Assembly (NCBI RefSeq): GCF_006345805.1
Contig: NC_043018.1
Location: 18,042,001-18,106,000 of the forward strand
Length of the DNA stretch: 64,000 nucleotides
Direction of reading: 5' to 3'
Source of the DNA: Octopus sinensis
Lineage: Eukaryota
Position 1 is the stretch's first letter; the number at the start of each line of letters is the position of its first letter. The notes below the pieces were generated by a model. The model was not told the origin of the DNA. It worked only from the letters and a program-made list of their open reading frames with translations, and ran no database searches. Positions 37,485-50,209 of this stretch are shown one piece after another. Both the position numbers and the translations under genes were made by a program.

Positions 37485-37620
37485 TTTTCACTCTTTATTT
37501 TCTCTCCTTGTTTCTTTCTGTGTTCCTTTCTGTGGAAGAGCGTAGGCTCGAAACGTTAAAGACTTTTTCACTTCCTGAGCTTTAAACAATGTTTGTTGTC
37601 TACACCACCTGTGAATTCTC

Positions 37621-37625
<5 letters not shown>
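37485..37625 (+). mobile_element. Penelope-like terminal fragment with hammerhead-like motif at 37526-37561
   Basis: ctttCTGTGGAAgagcgtaggctcGAAACGTTaaag; homologous to 2905-3095. Confidence 0.6.
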
Positions 37626-37685
<60 letters not shown>

Positions 37686-37689
37686 CACG

Positions 37690-37727
<38 letters not shown>

Positions 37728-37740
37728 AAGAAAAAAAAGA

Positions 37741-38070
37741 CTCCGCCGGTTACGACGACGAGGGTCCCAGCTGATACGATCAACGGAACAGCTTGCTCGT
37801 GAAATTAACGTGCAAATGGCTGAGCATTCCACAGACACGTGTACCCTTAACGTAGTTCTCGGGGATAATCAGCGTGACACAGAGAGTGACACAGAGAGTG
37901 ACAAGGCTGACCCTTTGAAATACAAGTACAACTCATTTTTGCCAGCTGAGTGGACTGGAGCAACGTGAAATAAAGTGTCTTGCTCAAGGACACAACGCGT
38001 CGCCGGGAATCGAACTCACAACCTTACGATCATGAGCCGAATGCCCTAACCACTAAGCCACGCGCCCTCA
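37741..38070 (-). mobile_element. Chimeric SINE: SINE-D-type head and CORE-like block joined to the SINE-A 3' half
   Basis: ...tttatttcacgttgctccagtccactcagctggcaaaaatgagtt|gtacttgtatttcaaagggtcagccttgtcac...cgtcgtaaccggcggag. Confidence 0.8.
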
Positions 38071-38129
38071 CTATATATATATATATATAGGGAGAATGAA
38101 CTTGCATAGCAAGTGACTTATCTGAGATC

Positions 38130-38295
38130 GTGTTCTGTAACAAAAACAATTGCAGTGTAGATGTTTATAACCCATTTAATATCAAGCACAAAAACCGTTA
38201 GATTTACTTCAACATTTAAATTTAATCTGTGTCAAAATATTTTCGTCGCTTTGAAACCGCGACCTCTTCACAGACAAAACTTCGTGCAGCACGCA
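38130..38295 (-). mobile_element. Repeat homologous to 53235-53390, with a degenerate hammerhead-like fold
   Basis: Minus strand tttgtct-GTGAAGA-g-gtcgc...gcgac-GAA-aatatt-t-tgacaca; flanks align with 53310-53390. Confidence 0.55.
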
Positions 38296-39017
38296 GTTTT
38301 GTCAGTGGCACCTTGGGCAACCGTCTTCTACTATAGCCTCGATACAATCGAAGCCTTGTTAGTGGTTTTCAGCCAGTCGTATATATGATTGTATGTATGT
38401 ATGTGTGTGTGTGTGTGCGCGTGTCTTTGAGTCTCTGTGTGCCCCCCCCACCACCACCACCACAGCTTCACAACTATTGTTGGCGTGTTTCTGTCTCTGT
38501 AACTCGGCGATTCGGTAAAACAAGTTTTGGGGTTGATTTCGGCTAAAAACTTTTCAGTTCAGTGCTCCAGCATTGCCGGATTCATATGACGGAAACAAGT
38601 AACAATTAAAACTGATTATATCATAACTGCCGATATAAAAGTTAGCTGCTTAGCTGCTTGGTTCGTTCGTTCGTTGGTGGAGTTATTCCAGTCACGTTTT
38701 GCATTCTATAACGAAAGGAAACGAGAGAGTAAAAGAGAGATACATAGTAAATTAACATAAGAGATACAGAATAGGTTCAGAGAAGGTAAAACGAAAAACA
38801 ACGCACACAAACAGCAGGAATCATTGACAAACGAGGAGAGGATATACATGTATGCGTTTGTGTGTGTGTGTGCACACACACACAAACACACATACGCAAA
38901 CACACATACACACATACACACACACACACACATATATATATACATATATGTATATATGCATATTATACATATATATATATGCATATAATATATATAATAT
39001 ATATATATATATATATC

Positions 39018-39049
<32 letters not shown>

Positions 39050-39050
39050 G

Positions 39051-39081
<31 letters not shown>

Positions 39082-39092
39082 ATATTATATAT

Positions 39093-39177
<85 letters not shown>

Positions 39178-39499
39178 TACTACCCGTACCTTTAAATATT
39201 TTAGAAAATAGCATTTTATTATTCCTGAATTTTTAAATCTTAATTTTACCTTTTAGTTTTAAAAATCAATGCAGAAACACCATACCCTACAATATTAATT
39301 TTTTAGTCAACACTAGGTATTAAAAATTTAATAACATAGATAAATTGAATAAATAATTTTTAATTTCTAAAATTATTACATAAATTCTATATATCTACTG
39401 AAGTTACTAAGTAGTATACTTACTCCACAATAATTTCACATCTATTTCTATGACGGTTCTACTCTACCTAATCTTTTTTGATAATCTAAAAATACCTTT

Positions 39500-40850
39500 A
39501 TACAAGCCTAAATTATTATACCCCATATAGCCATACTTAACTTATAATATACAATATAAGAATTTCAAAAATATTTCTATTTCTCTCTGTTTCCATTTTT
39601 ATTCTTTTGGTTTTTTGGTTACCTACCTTCCATTGTAGTTAAAAAAAGTTTGGCATGCAAGTCAATAGTGGTATCCTGTTTGCTAAAAATCTCTTTCTAA
39701 AAAATCTTCCAAATTACACTAAATAATATTTTATAAATTTATACAGCAAGATAATATTGTTTAAAAAGTTTTTGAAGAAATTACTTGATTTCTCTTTCTC
39801 TCAAATAGCTCTACCCTCGTGATCTTGGTATGTATAAGGGAGCTTTATATAAATAGCATTTTTGTAAGTATCTGTTAGAAAATATAAATTATCATGTAAG
39901 GCTTAATAATAAAACCCATAATTTAATAAAAAGATTTTTTTTATAATAAAATCTTTGTCCAATAACTTAAATATTTCTTTACCCGACATTAAACATTTGT
40001 CATTTATAGATATTATCATGACAAGTAAATATAATTTTTAGTCTAACATTTGGAATCATAAATTTTTTTTCCAACAAATTACCTTCCTTATTGATGTAAA
40101 TAAGCTAAATGTACCTTACAATTGTTTTTTGGAATATAAATCTTTTTACCCCTTGTCTATAATATTCTGCAAAGAATTGTATTTTTTTTTATTTTTATTT
40201 TTTATTTCTTTATTTCACTTTAAAACCAATCTCTTATCTATTTATTTACTATATTACTTTATTTAAAATAAATCTCTATAAATTTCATACTCAGCTTATA
40301 TAAAACTATGCTGATATATTCACCGTTTATAATATAAGAAATATGCTCAGATTAAAATTGGTAATATTTAATATATACATTTTAATATATTCCTTTAGCT
40401 TATCTTTCCAATACTTACCATTTAATAAAAAAAACTATAAATATATTTTAAGTTAGTATAGAACTATATAAATATGGAATTATTTCTATATTTTCTGTCC
40501 TTCTATTGTGTAAATTTTTTGATAATACTGAGAGTATTCAGAAATATTATTCTTCGTGCTCTTTAGAATAACTCTAAAATGTATCTGTGTATATGCAAAT
40601 AACATTGTTTTATAGTAAGTAAATGTTTGATACTATATGATTGCACTCTTCCTATCCCACAAGCATTAGTCTGCAAATTTAGCTGCTATAATCTTGTCTG
40701 TAGTATATTCTAACTGAACCAAATGGCTTTGCTTCAAAGAAATCTTGATTGATGACTCTGCCACTTAAATTATCTATCTATTTTGCCCTATCCGTAAAGG
40801 ATATACCCTAGTTTCTCTTAGATTTGATAAACTAGTCTATAAATTAAAAC
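39500..40850 (-). mobile_element. Heavily decayed Ty3/Gypsy pol (RT end, RNase H, integrase)
   Basis: Motifs in the correct order on the minus strand: KLGYIL (~40800), LQTNACGIGRV (~40660, cf. LQTDASG.GIGAVL), IPNVRLKIIFTCHDN (~40030), IGQRFYY (~39950), KAPLYIP (~39835), EIFSK.GIP (~39685). Many stops. Confidence 0.6.
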
Positions 40851-41456
40851 TAAACCCCACCCCACTAGTAAATCTAAATAATAGAAATAATCGGTGATAA
40901 GCAGTGTCTTTTTTGAAAAAATCTCAGCTACAACTGTGATGTTGCTGATAAAACATGTTCTTTGTCTATCTCCTTATCCTCTTGGTGATTTTGGATAAAA
41001 AAAAAATTATACAAATGAGTCCTTCGGATTTAACTAAATTCTATATTTTTATGCAGCTGAAGATTGCTCTACATTTTAAATTGATGTAATGTTTGCATTG
41101 TTCAATTAAATGGAGTCGCATGAAACGATCGCACTGCGTTACCTCTGGATATCCTTGTTACTTATTTTGATACTGACAACCAATGCTGGTGTGTTTACAT
41201 CCCCGTAACTTAGCGCTTCAGCAAAATAGGCTGATGGAATAAGTACTAGGCTTTGAAATAGTAAGTCCTGGGGTCGATTTGTTCGACTAAAGGCGGTGCT
41301 CCAGCATGGGCACAGTCAAATGACTGGAACATATAAAAGAATATATTTATATGGGCATGTATACAAAACCATACACATATACATATATACAAATTGCTGG
41401 CCTTGTGTCAAAATGGGAAATCAATATTTCTATGCTTTTTAACAATCATGTGTGTG

Positions 41457-41491
<35 letters not shown>

Positions 41492-41540
41492 TGTGCGTGT
41501 TTTGTGTCTGTATTAATAGGATAAAAATATTAAAAAAGCT

Positions 41541-42688
41541 TGTTACGGTTGGCTAGGTGCATTTCTGGTGACCCACATAGGAATAATGGCACCATGATGT
41601 CTGGTGAAATGTGACGGGTTCTTTGTCTAATGGAGGACTGATGGGTTTTGGAATGACCTGTGACCTCGTGTGGTTGATAAGAGGGTCAGTGAGAATGTGA
41701 AAGAGGAAGACAGATTAAGGGAATCTAAGAGCAGATGGAGAGGGTATTGACAGTAAGAGAAAAGGGACAGATTAAGGGCTGAGAGCAAATAGAGATAGGG
41801 TATAAGCAGTAGGGGACGGATGGAGAGGCTAAGAGACAGCAGGCGATATAGATAGAGTAAGGAATCAGATAGCAAATAGAAAGGCTAAGAGACAGCAGGC
41901 GATATAGATAGGGTATAAGGACCAGGGCAGTTAGAAAGGGTAAGAGCGATATAGACAGAGGGAGATGAGGGGAGTGGAAGAAGGACAGAGACGAAGTGAG
42001 GTCTGTAGTTCGCAGTTGGTCGTCAAGAAGGGCAGTCGCTGGCCGGTCCTCGAAGAAGACAGACGGACCTTGGATTTAAGGAGCAAGCGTTGGAATTCTT
42101 AGGAGCAAGTTGGATGCGAGAAAGCTTGGCGGCACAGAAGGGAATTAGCAGTATTCAGAGGAATTAGCAGTATTGAGAGGAATGGGACACTGGCAGATTC
42201 AATTAGGAATTGAGGTATGTGTTTGTGCATTGATATGTGTCACGGTGTATTGAACAGTGAAAAGAACAGTCAAGGACTCTGTCGATGTGGTCGATAAAGG
42301 ACATTGTGAAGAAGAAGAGTAAAGGACTTGTTGATTGTGATGTTTAGGAAGAGACTTTAAAGAACTGTTGTCTTGGGACGTGTACTCTTGAATTGTTACA
42401 TGATGTTGTATTATGCGTTGATCTGTTGTATTATGTATTGAGTAGTCACGTGCATGCTTTGATGTATCTTGATGTTGTAACAATTGTGATTGTCATATAA
42501 ACTGTTGTTTGAATATAAGCCAGTGTCTCTGTTGCCTTGCCTCTCTTTGGGTTGTATCTCGGGTTGTGCCTCTGTATCTCTGTGCTGAGGTTGTGGCAGT
42601 ATCTATCTGTCTCTCCCCTCCTCCTCTCTTTGGGTTCCGTGGCGAGATTGTGCCGTTCGGGCGAGTGACGACGGGGGATTCCGTAACA
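41541..42688 (+). mobile_element. Solo LTR, 1148 bp, 4-bp TSD
   Basis: TGTTACGG...CCGTAACA inverted termini; TSD AGCT at 41537-41540 and 42689-42692; internal short direct repeats. Orientation is inferred from TATA-like (~41913) and polyA-like (~42495) motifs. Confidence 0.85.
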
Positions 42689-43077
42689 AGCTATTCCCTA
42701 TAAATCAGTTAATGAATTTTAAAATTTACCTTTTGTTAGAAAGTATCGAAATATTGATTTTACAATTAGGCAGAAAGTTTTCCTGGATTCTGTAGTATCT
42801 AAGTCGACGCCGGTCCGTCACGTATTACTGTTTTTTGCCGGATGAGTGGCCGGAGCTACTTGAAATAAAGAATTTGGCTCTAAAATAACAAAGCATCACA
42901 CATTCCAGGAATCGAAACCACAATCCTACAACTACGTGCGCAACAACAAACGACTAGATCACAACTTTGCGTGCGTGTGTATCTATGCGTGCGTGCGTGT
43001 GTATGTATGTGTGCATGTACGTAGGTACATATGTATGTATAGATGTATGTATGCATATATGGACGTACGTAAGTTTG

Positions 43078-43250
<173 letters not shown>

Positions 43251-43606
43251 GCATACATGTATATCTCAATCGAATCAATTTTTTGTTGAACTGATATTCT
43301 GTATTTAAACTTTTAAGACGTGATGCAAAAACAGCACGATGTTATGAAATTATTAATATATAATATAATAATATAATATAATATAATATAATATAATATA
43401 ATATAATAATATAATATAATATAATATAATATATATAATATAATATATATAATATAATATAATATAATATAATGCGATATGTATCACGTAATTCATGAAA
43501 TGAACGAAACGGGATTTTTTGCTTTGTTTCGTTTCGGAAATGTCTGCGCAAACTAAGCTTCTATATTTTCTTTCTGTTTGCAGACACGATATTACATTTC
43601 AAAGAT

Positions 43607-43955
43607 AGGCGCAGGAGTGGCTGTGTGGTAAGTAGCTTGTTTACCAACCACATGGTTCCGGGTTCAGTCCCACTGCGTGGCACCTTGGGCAAGTGTCTTC
43701 TACTATAGCCTAACTTTGTATAAGGCGGCGAGCTGGCAGAAACGTTAGCACGCCGGGCGAAATGCGTAGCGGTATTGCGTCTGTCGTTGCGTTCTGAGTT
43801 CAAATTCCGCCGAGGTCGACTTTGCCTTTCATCCTTTCGGGGTCGATAAATTAAGTACCAGTTACGCACTGGGGTCGATGTAATCGACTTAATCCGTTTG
43901 TCTGTCCTTGTTTGTCCCCTCTGTGTTTAGCCCCTTGTAGGCAATGAAGAAACAT
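43607..43955 (+). mobile_element. SINE-B 5' part (43607-43710) followed by a full SINE-C (43722-43955)
   Basis: Both heads are recognisable; SINE-B stops at ctactatagcc. Confidence 0.85.
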
Positions 43956-45568
43956 ATATTACGTTTCAAATATCTGAAGCCTACACGGATAAACATAAGT
44001 ATTATCTTTAATGTTAAAATTAATACGGTGCCACAATGTACACAACACGCTTTTAACATGCTGGGAAAATGCTTGACAGCATTTCTTTTGTCTTTACGTT
44101 CTGAGTTCACATTCCGCTGAGGTTGACTTCGCCTTTTATCACTTCAGGGCCGATAAAATAAGTACCAGTTGCGCGATGGGGGTGAATGTCACCGACTTAC
44201 CCGCTCCATCGAAACTCTTCGTCTTGTACCAAAATTTGAAACTGATATTGGTAGAAACTAAAGTTAAGATCCTGCCTCGTCGGTACTCACTCGCTGTGAC
44301 TTTTACGTGTTGTACTCCACGTTATGTTATACACTGCTCTTCAGTTCGGAATATATGTTGAAATCACGGCCTTACAATTGCGAGTGCATGACTCTAAACC
44401 TCGCATCTTCCTAAAAAAAACATCTAATTTAGAATATTCTTTTATATCATGTTCCTTATTACGTAGGATAATGTCTTTTAAGATGAGTGGATATTTTTCT
44501 TCAAAAAAACCAATTTCTATTCTGCTAAGAGCCACACGATATTCATTTATTTTATCTGAGATGTGACTGCTTTCTCTTTGTTACAATTGATTGATTCTGA
44601 TTTTTTAATCTTTATATAATGAAGTTGTCTACTATAAGCACAAGGCTTTAAGTAAATTCGATCGCTTCGACTCCCGTGCTCAACTGGTACTTTATCGACC
44701 CTCGGCGTTTCCTGAACCCAGAATGTAAAGACGGACTAAATATCGTCAAGCATTTGTTTTTCGTAGCTCACCGCCACATCTGTGAGTGTGTGTGTGTGTA
44801 AGTGAGAAATTTGATTATTCTATTTTAGTGTAATAAATATTTTTGTTTTGACAATTATTATCATTGTGTAAAAGCACAAGAAATATTTAACAGTTAAACT
44901 ATAATGATCGTGCATCTGCCATATATTCTAACATTACTGATGTTGGCAAATGTATACTTCTAAAGATATGCTTCATACTACGGATAACACACGAATATAA
45001 AATATTTATGCCTAAGGAACGGTGAGCCTGGTTTAAACGTTTGAGCGCCTGATTAAGTTTCGTATACATATTCTCATTTCTCTTAATTTTTAATCAACGG
45101 TTCATCACAGCTGACAATGTCTTTCATCTCAAGTAATTAATTAAATAGCTATTGATAATAATCTCTGTGTTATTCAATTAACTATATTCCTTTATAAAAT
45201 TATGGTTTTGCGCAATTGTAAGACAAATAATCAATATTTGTTTCTCTCGATACAACACAATTCGAAATCCAAACAAATTTTTGGGGCTTCACTTGATAAC
45301 CTTTCATTCCCCCTTGAGCTCTTATTGCCCCTTGAAGAAAGTAAATAATGTTTCGAGTTTCGACGACTCATACGTTCGGTTACCCGATTTCAGTGAAGCT
45401 AGATGAACGAGATCACATTTTCCCTGAACGGTGCGCCAGTCTGTTGCCGGATTAATAATTTAACGGCTATGTAGACTGAAGCAAAGTGAAGTGAAATGCT
45501 TTGCTCAAGAACACAAGATCTTGCCTGGTCTGGGAATCGAAACCCTGATCGTGATATCGTTGGCGTAA

Positions 45569-45800
45569 CTATTTCTTTACTACCCACAAGGGGCTAAACA
45601 CAGAGGGGACAAACAAGGACAGACAAACGGATTAAGTCGATTACATCGACCCCAGTGCGTAACTGGTACTTAGTTTATCAACCCCGAAAGTATGAAAGGC
45701 AAAGTCGACCTCGGCGGAATTTGAACTCAGAACGTAACGGCAGACGAAATACGGCTACGCATTTCGCCCGGCGTGCTACCGTTTCTGCCAGCTCGCCGCC
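45569..45800 (-). mobile_element. SINE-C monomer
   Basis: ggcggcgagctggcagaaacgg...gagttcaaattcc...gggtagtaaagaaatag. Confidence 0.9.
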
Positions 45801-46116
45801 ATCAACTAGGTCACGCTTAACCACTAGGTCACGTTCCTTCACAGGAACGACAAGAATGATACAAGTTCGGCAAGTTTTCTTCTCATAAGTTTTGAATTTG
45901 TAATTATTTGTCAGTAAGACTTGCAGCTTGACTATAAAAATGCTTTCTCTTTTCCTAAAAAAAGAAAAAAAAGAGAATATGTCTGTAACCCGTGGGTACT
46001 CCAACTAAATCATATTAAAATTGGATTTTTTTATCTTATACAGTATGATAGACGGACACACACACACGCATATATATATATATATATATATAATATATAT
46101 ATATATGTGTGTGTGT

Positions 46117-46163
<47 letters not shown>

Positions 46164-46203
46164 ATGTACGTATGTGTATATATATATATATATATATTGT
46201 TTG

Positions 46204-46457
46204 TTCCTTCTCAAGCCATGCCTGGCTCATAAGGGCCGGTTTCCCGGTTTCCTTGGCGTATAGGTTCCTCACCTGGGCGGGACGCCGGTCCGTCGCAGGT
46301 GAGCTGCAAGATGCAGGAGGAAAGAGTGAGAGAAGGTTGTGGCGAAAGAGTCAGCAGACGTTCGCCATTACCTTCTGCCGGAGCCGCGCGGAACTTAGGT
46401 GTTTCGCTCATAAACACACACATCGCCCGGTCTGAGGTTCGAACCCGCGATTCCTCG
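46204..46457 (-). mobile_element. SINE-A-type head/body with a third kind of 3' tail
   Basis: After ttctctcactc the sequence continues cctgcgacggaccggcgtcccgcccagg...gaaaccgggaaaccggccc instead of the SINE-A tail. 5' end truncated. Confidence 0.7.
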
Positions 46458-47454
46458 ATAATATTCCTTTACTTGTGTCAATCGCTGCCATAAAATTTTA
46501 GTCAAATTGACTCCAGTACTTACTTTTTAAACGTGGTATTAACTCTGGTCGCTTCTTTTGCCGAACTACTATGTTGCATGTTGCAAGGATGTAAACAAAC
46601 CCATAGCGGTTGTCAATCAGTGGGTAGGAAAACCAAAATTATATGCACACACAAACACACACTCACACGCACATACACACACATAAATATATGTGTTTTG
46701 ATCAGGGGCTTCCACACAGTTTCTGACTACTTAATTCAATCTAAAGGCAATGGTCGACTCGCGGCTCGACTTTGCCTTTCATCCTTTCGGGGTCGATTAA
46801 ATAAGTACCAGTTACGCACTGGGGTCGATATAATCGACTTACTCCCTTGGTCTGTCCTTGTTTGTCCTATCTATGTTTAGCCCCTTGTGGGCAATAAAGA
46901 AATATATTGTAAAAGATACACGGCGAAAGTGCCACGTAATTGCACTGAACCCTAAACCACAAGTTTTGAAGCAAAATTCCAACCTACACAGCCATGGAAT
47001 TACCTGTACGTATGTTAGGTTTCATGTGATAAATATATATTTGTGCAATATTTTATGCAATAATACGATTACTTGTGCAGAGTTTGACGTGATCCAGATA
47101 TTGTCAAACTTCAAAGGAAGGCTTAGAAAGGAAGGGATTTATTTCAATAACAACAGCAGCAATACACTCTTATCGTTTACGCTCATTGCCTTATTCTTTG
47201 ACTAGCGTAATATTACGCTGGTGCATTGTATTAGGTTATTGGAGTGCAGTATATATATGGAGTTGATGAAGGTAAAAACGAGGATGAACTGCAGATGTCG
47301 AAATACTAAGGTATTTTGTTTCGTTTTCGCAGGAGATTCATAACTTCTAATGTCTATTTGTTTATAGTTTCTGAAGAAACAGTCTATCCAAAACGGCTCT
47401 ATAGCTTTGATTTTCCCATTAAAAAGTGCACTACGTCTTTGGCTAACCAGTGGT

Positions 47455-48302
47455 AACAGCCAATTAAAACTGCTCTGCTTATGTCCTAACAGTCCATTAA
47501 AACCACTCTGCATCTGTCCTAGCAGCCCATTAAAACTACTCTGCATCTGTCGTAACAGCCCTTTAAAACTTCTCTGCATCTGTCCTAGCAGCCCATTAAA
47601 ACTACTCTGCATCTGTCATAACAGCCCATTAAAACTTCTCTGCATCTGTCCTAGCAGCCCATTAAAACTACTCTGCATCTGTCGTAACAGTCCATTAAAA
47701 TTGCTCTGCATCTGTCCTAACAGCACATTAAAACCGATCTAAATTTGTCCTAACAGCCCATTAAAACTACTCTGCATCTGTCGTAACAGCCCATTAAAAC
47801 TTCTCTGCATCTGTCCCAGCAGCCCATTAAAACTACTCTGCATCTGTCGTAACAGCCCATTAAAACTTCTCTGCATCTGTCCTAGCAGCCCATTAAAACT
47901 ACTCTGCATCTATCGTAACAGCCCATTAAAACTGCTCTGCATCTGTCCTAACAGCACATTAAAACCGCTCTAAATTTGTCCTAACAGTCCATTAAAATGC
48001 TCTGCATCTGTCCTAACAGCACATTAAAACCGCTTTAAATTTGTCCTAACAGTCCATTAAAACTGCTCTGCATCTGTCGTAACAGTCCATTAAAACTGCT
48101 CTGCATCTGTCCTAGCAGCTCATTAAAACTACTCTGCATCTATCGTAACAGCCCATTAAAACCGCTCTAAATCTGTCCTAACAGTCCATTAAAACTCTGT
48201 CCTAACAGCCCATTATACCGCTCTAAATTTGTCCTAATAGCCCATTATACCGCTCTAAATTTATCCTAACAGTTCATTAAAACTGCTCTGTGTCTGTCGT
48301 AA
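47455..48302. repeat. 33-bp minisatellite, about 25 units (aacagcccattaaaactactctgcatctgtcct)
   Basis: Directly visible; alternating variants give a 66-bp higher-order period. Confidence 0.95.
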
Positions 48303-48726
48303 GAGACCATCAACGCTCGCTCTGTATCGTCTGTTCGACAGTTGTAACAGTTATTCAAAAACTCCTCTATATCTTGGCATGTCAGTTTTAACAAAATTTA
48401 TGCAATTGAATATGGTTTTCGGTTCATGCATTACTTCATGCAGTCAATTCTATGTTAATATTTCCACTGTAAATAATTTATGAACGAAATTGCTTATTAA
48501 AATGGATATGATCCAGTCAATTAATTTAGAAGACAAATATATTTTAAAGATTCTTATCTCACATTTAATCTAAAACAAATCTCTTGCAACAGAATTTAGA
48601 TATGCAAAACTTTCTCGAAATTACCATCTTAAAAAATTAAAAAAATACACTAAGATGATTCTTCATGTTCTTTTCAATTCAAATTCTTCGAAGTTATAAA
48701 TTATTAATGAAGCTATTGTTACTTAC

Positions 48727-48752
48727 GTTGTAAGCAGATGTTCTGGAATTAT
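48727..48752 (-). CDS. Candidate micro-exon (26 nt): IIPEHLLT (phase 0-2)
   Basis: gtttgtctcgatcgcttttgacag|ATAATT...TACAAC|gtaagt: strong sites, phase-compatible with 50073-50209. Confidence 0.3.
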
Positions 48753-49015
48753 CTGTCAAAAGCGATCGAGACAAACGTTTGTGCGAATACCGAACATTTG
48801 TTACACACTCACACACACACACACACACACTCACACACACACCTGTATAGACTTACACACAGATATACATATATATGTCAATATACCAATATTCATATAT
48901 ATATATATATATATATATAAATATATACCACACAGCCATATGTATACATATGTGTGAATGTGTGTGTGTATGTATATTCAGTCATAGATGTGTGTGTATG
49001 TATGCACACAGATAC

Positions 49016-49048
<33 letters not shown>

Positions 49049-49830
49049 CAGAGAGAGAGAGAGAGAGAGAGAAAGTGAGTGAAAGAGAGAGAGAGAGAGA
49101 GGAAGAAAGAGAAACAAATAGTGTTGCAAATAAACGCACTCAGGCTTAATATATACAATATACACGCATAAATGAACACGTAATTATATATAGGGATATA
49201 TATCTAGAGAGAGAAACCAAACAACAGAAAATATTTAAAATATACTCATTCATGTATAATATATATATATATATATTTACAAAACAAATTTACATAGAGT
49301 AAATTAGTTACATATCTGTATATATGTTTACGAATGTATGTGTATGCGTGTATATCTGATTTATCAACTCCAAGCGCGTTTGTGTGCAACGCTAGTTCAA
49401 AAATCAGCTCACCTGGATTCCGCTTTTGCCTATTCCTTACCCAGTGCTCATAGTCTTCAATAAAAACTTCGGATTTTAGTTCAAATCACTTGAGTACTAG
49501 TAGGTGTTTTATATATTGAACATGTCTGGATCTCACCCATTCAGTAATGTATATATATAGTTCAAATTTATAGAAGACAAAAGACGAAGGCAGGTGCACA
49601 GGTGTAGTAACAACAAGCAAGTGTATTACTTTGAGTATCGAGAAGAATCGAAACCTCATCGAGGTCTCTTTCTTTCTTTTGTTGTCTTACCACTTTTATC
49701 AATATATATGTTTAGCCACTTGTGGGCAATAAAGAAATATATATATATACATATACATATATATTACGTTGTCACGTAACCGATCACACTACCAGATATT
49801 GTTACACATCACTGGTCAAAATGCTATTTT

Positions 49831-49897
<67 letters not shown>

Positions 49898-50072
49898 TGT
49901 ATGTGTATAGAAAAAAACAAAAGACGAAGACGGGTGTGTAAACAACAAACAGATGTCTTAGTTTAACACTCGGGATTGAGAAAGTCCTTTACGCTTCGAG
50001 CGTATATATATATATATGGGTTATATATTTGTGACATATTGCAACTTTTAACGGTGCGTTCACTGCAGTTAC

Positions 50073-50209
50073 CATGGAGGAAAATGTTGCCCTTTTGGTA
50101 AAGGATTTTAAATCCTCATATCGACGATGTGCTGCCCTCAGTCGGATTCCCAGACGCTCCATTTCTGTCTCTCTAGCCTTCCTCAATAGGAAATAATGAG
50201 GAGCGGTCA
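50073..50209 (-). CDS. Best candidate coding exon (137 nt, phase 1-0): xTAPHYFLLRKARETEMERLGIRLRAAHRRYEDLKSFTKRATFSSM
   Basis: aaaatctcttcacag|TGACCG...TCCATG|gtaact. Unique, relatively GC-rich, protein-like composition. Protein not recognised. Confidence 0.6.

Noticed and set aside
47202-47742. ORFs crossing the 33-bp minisatellite
   Set aside because: Open frames follow from the 33-bp period, variant units introduce stops, and no splice or start context supports coding.
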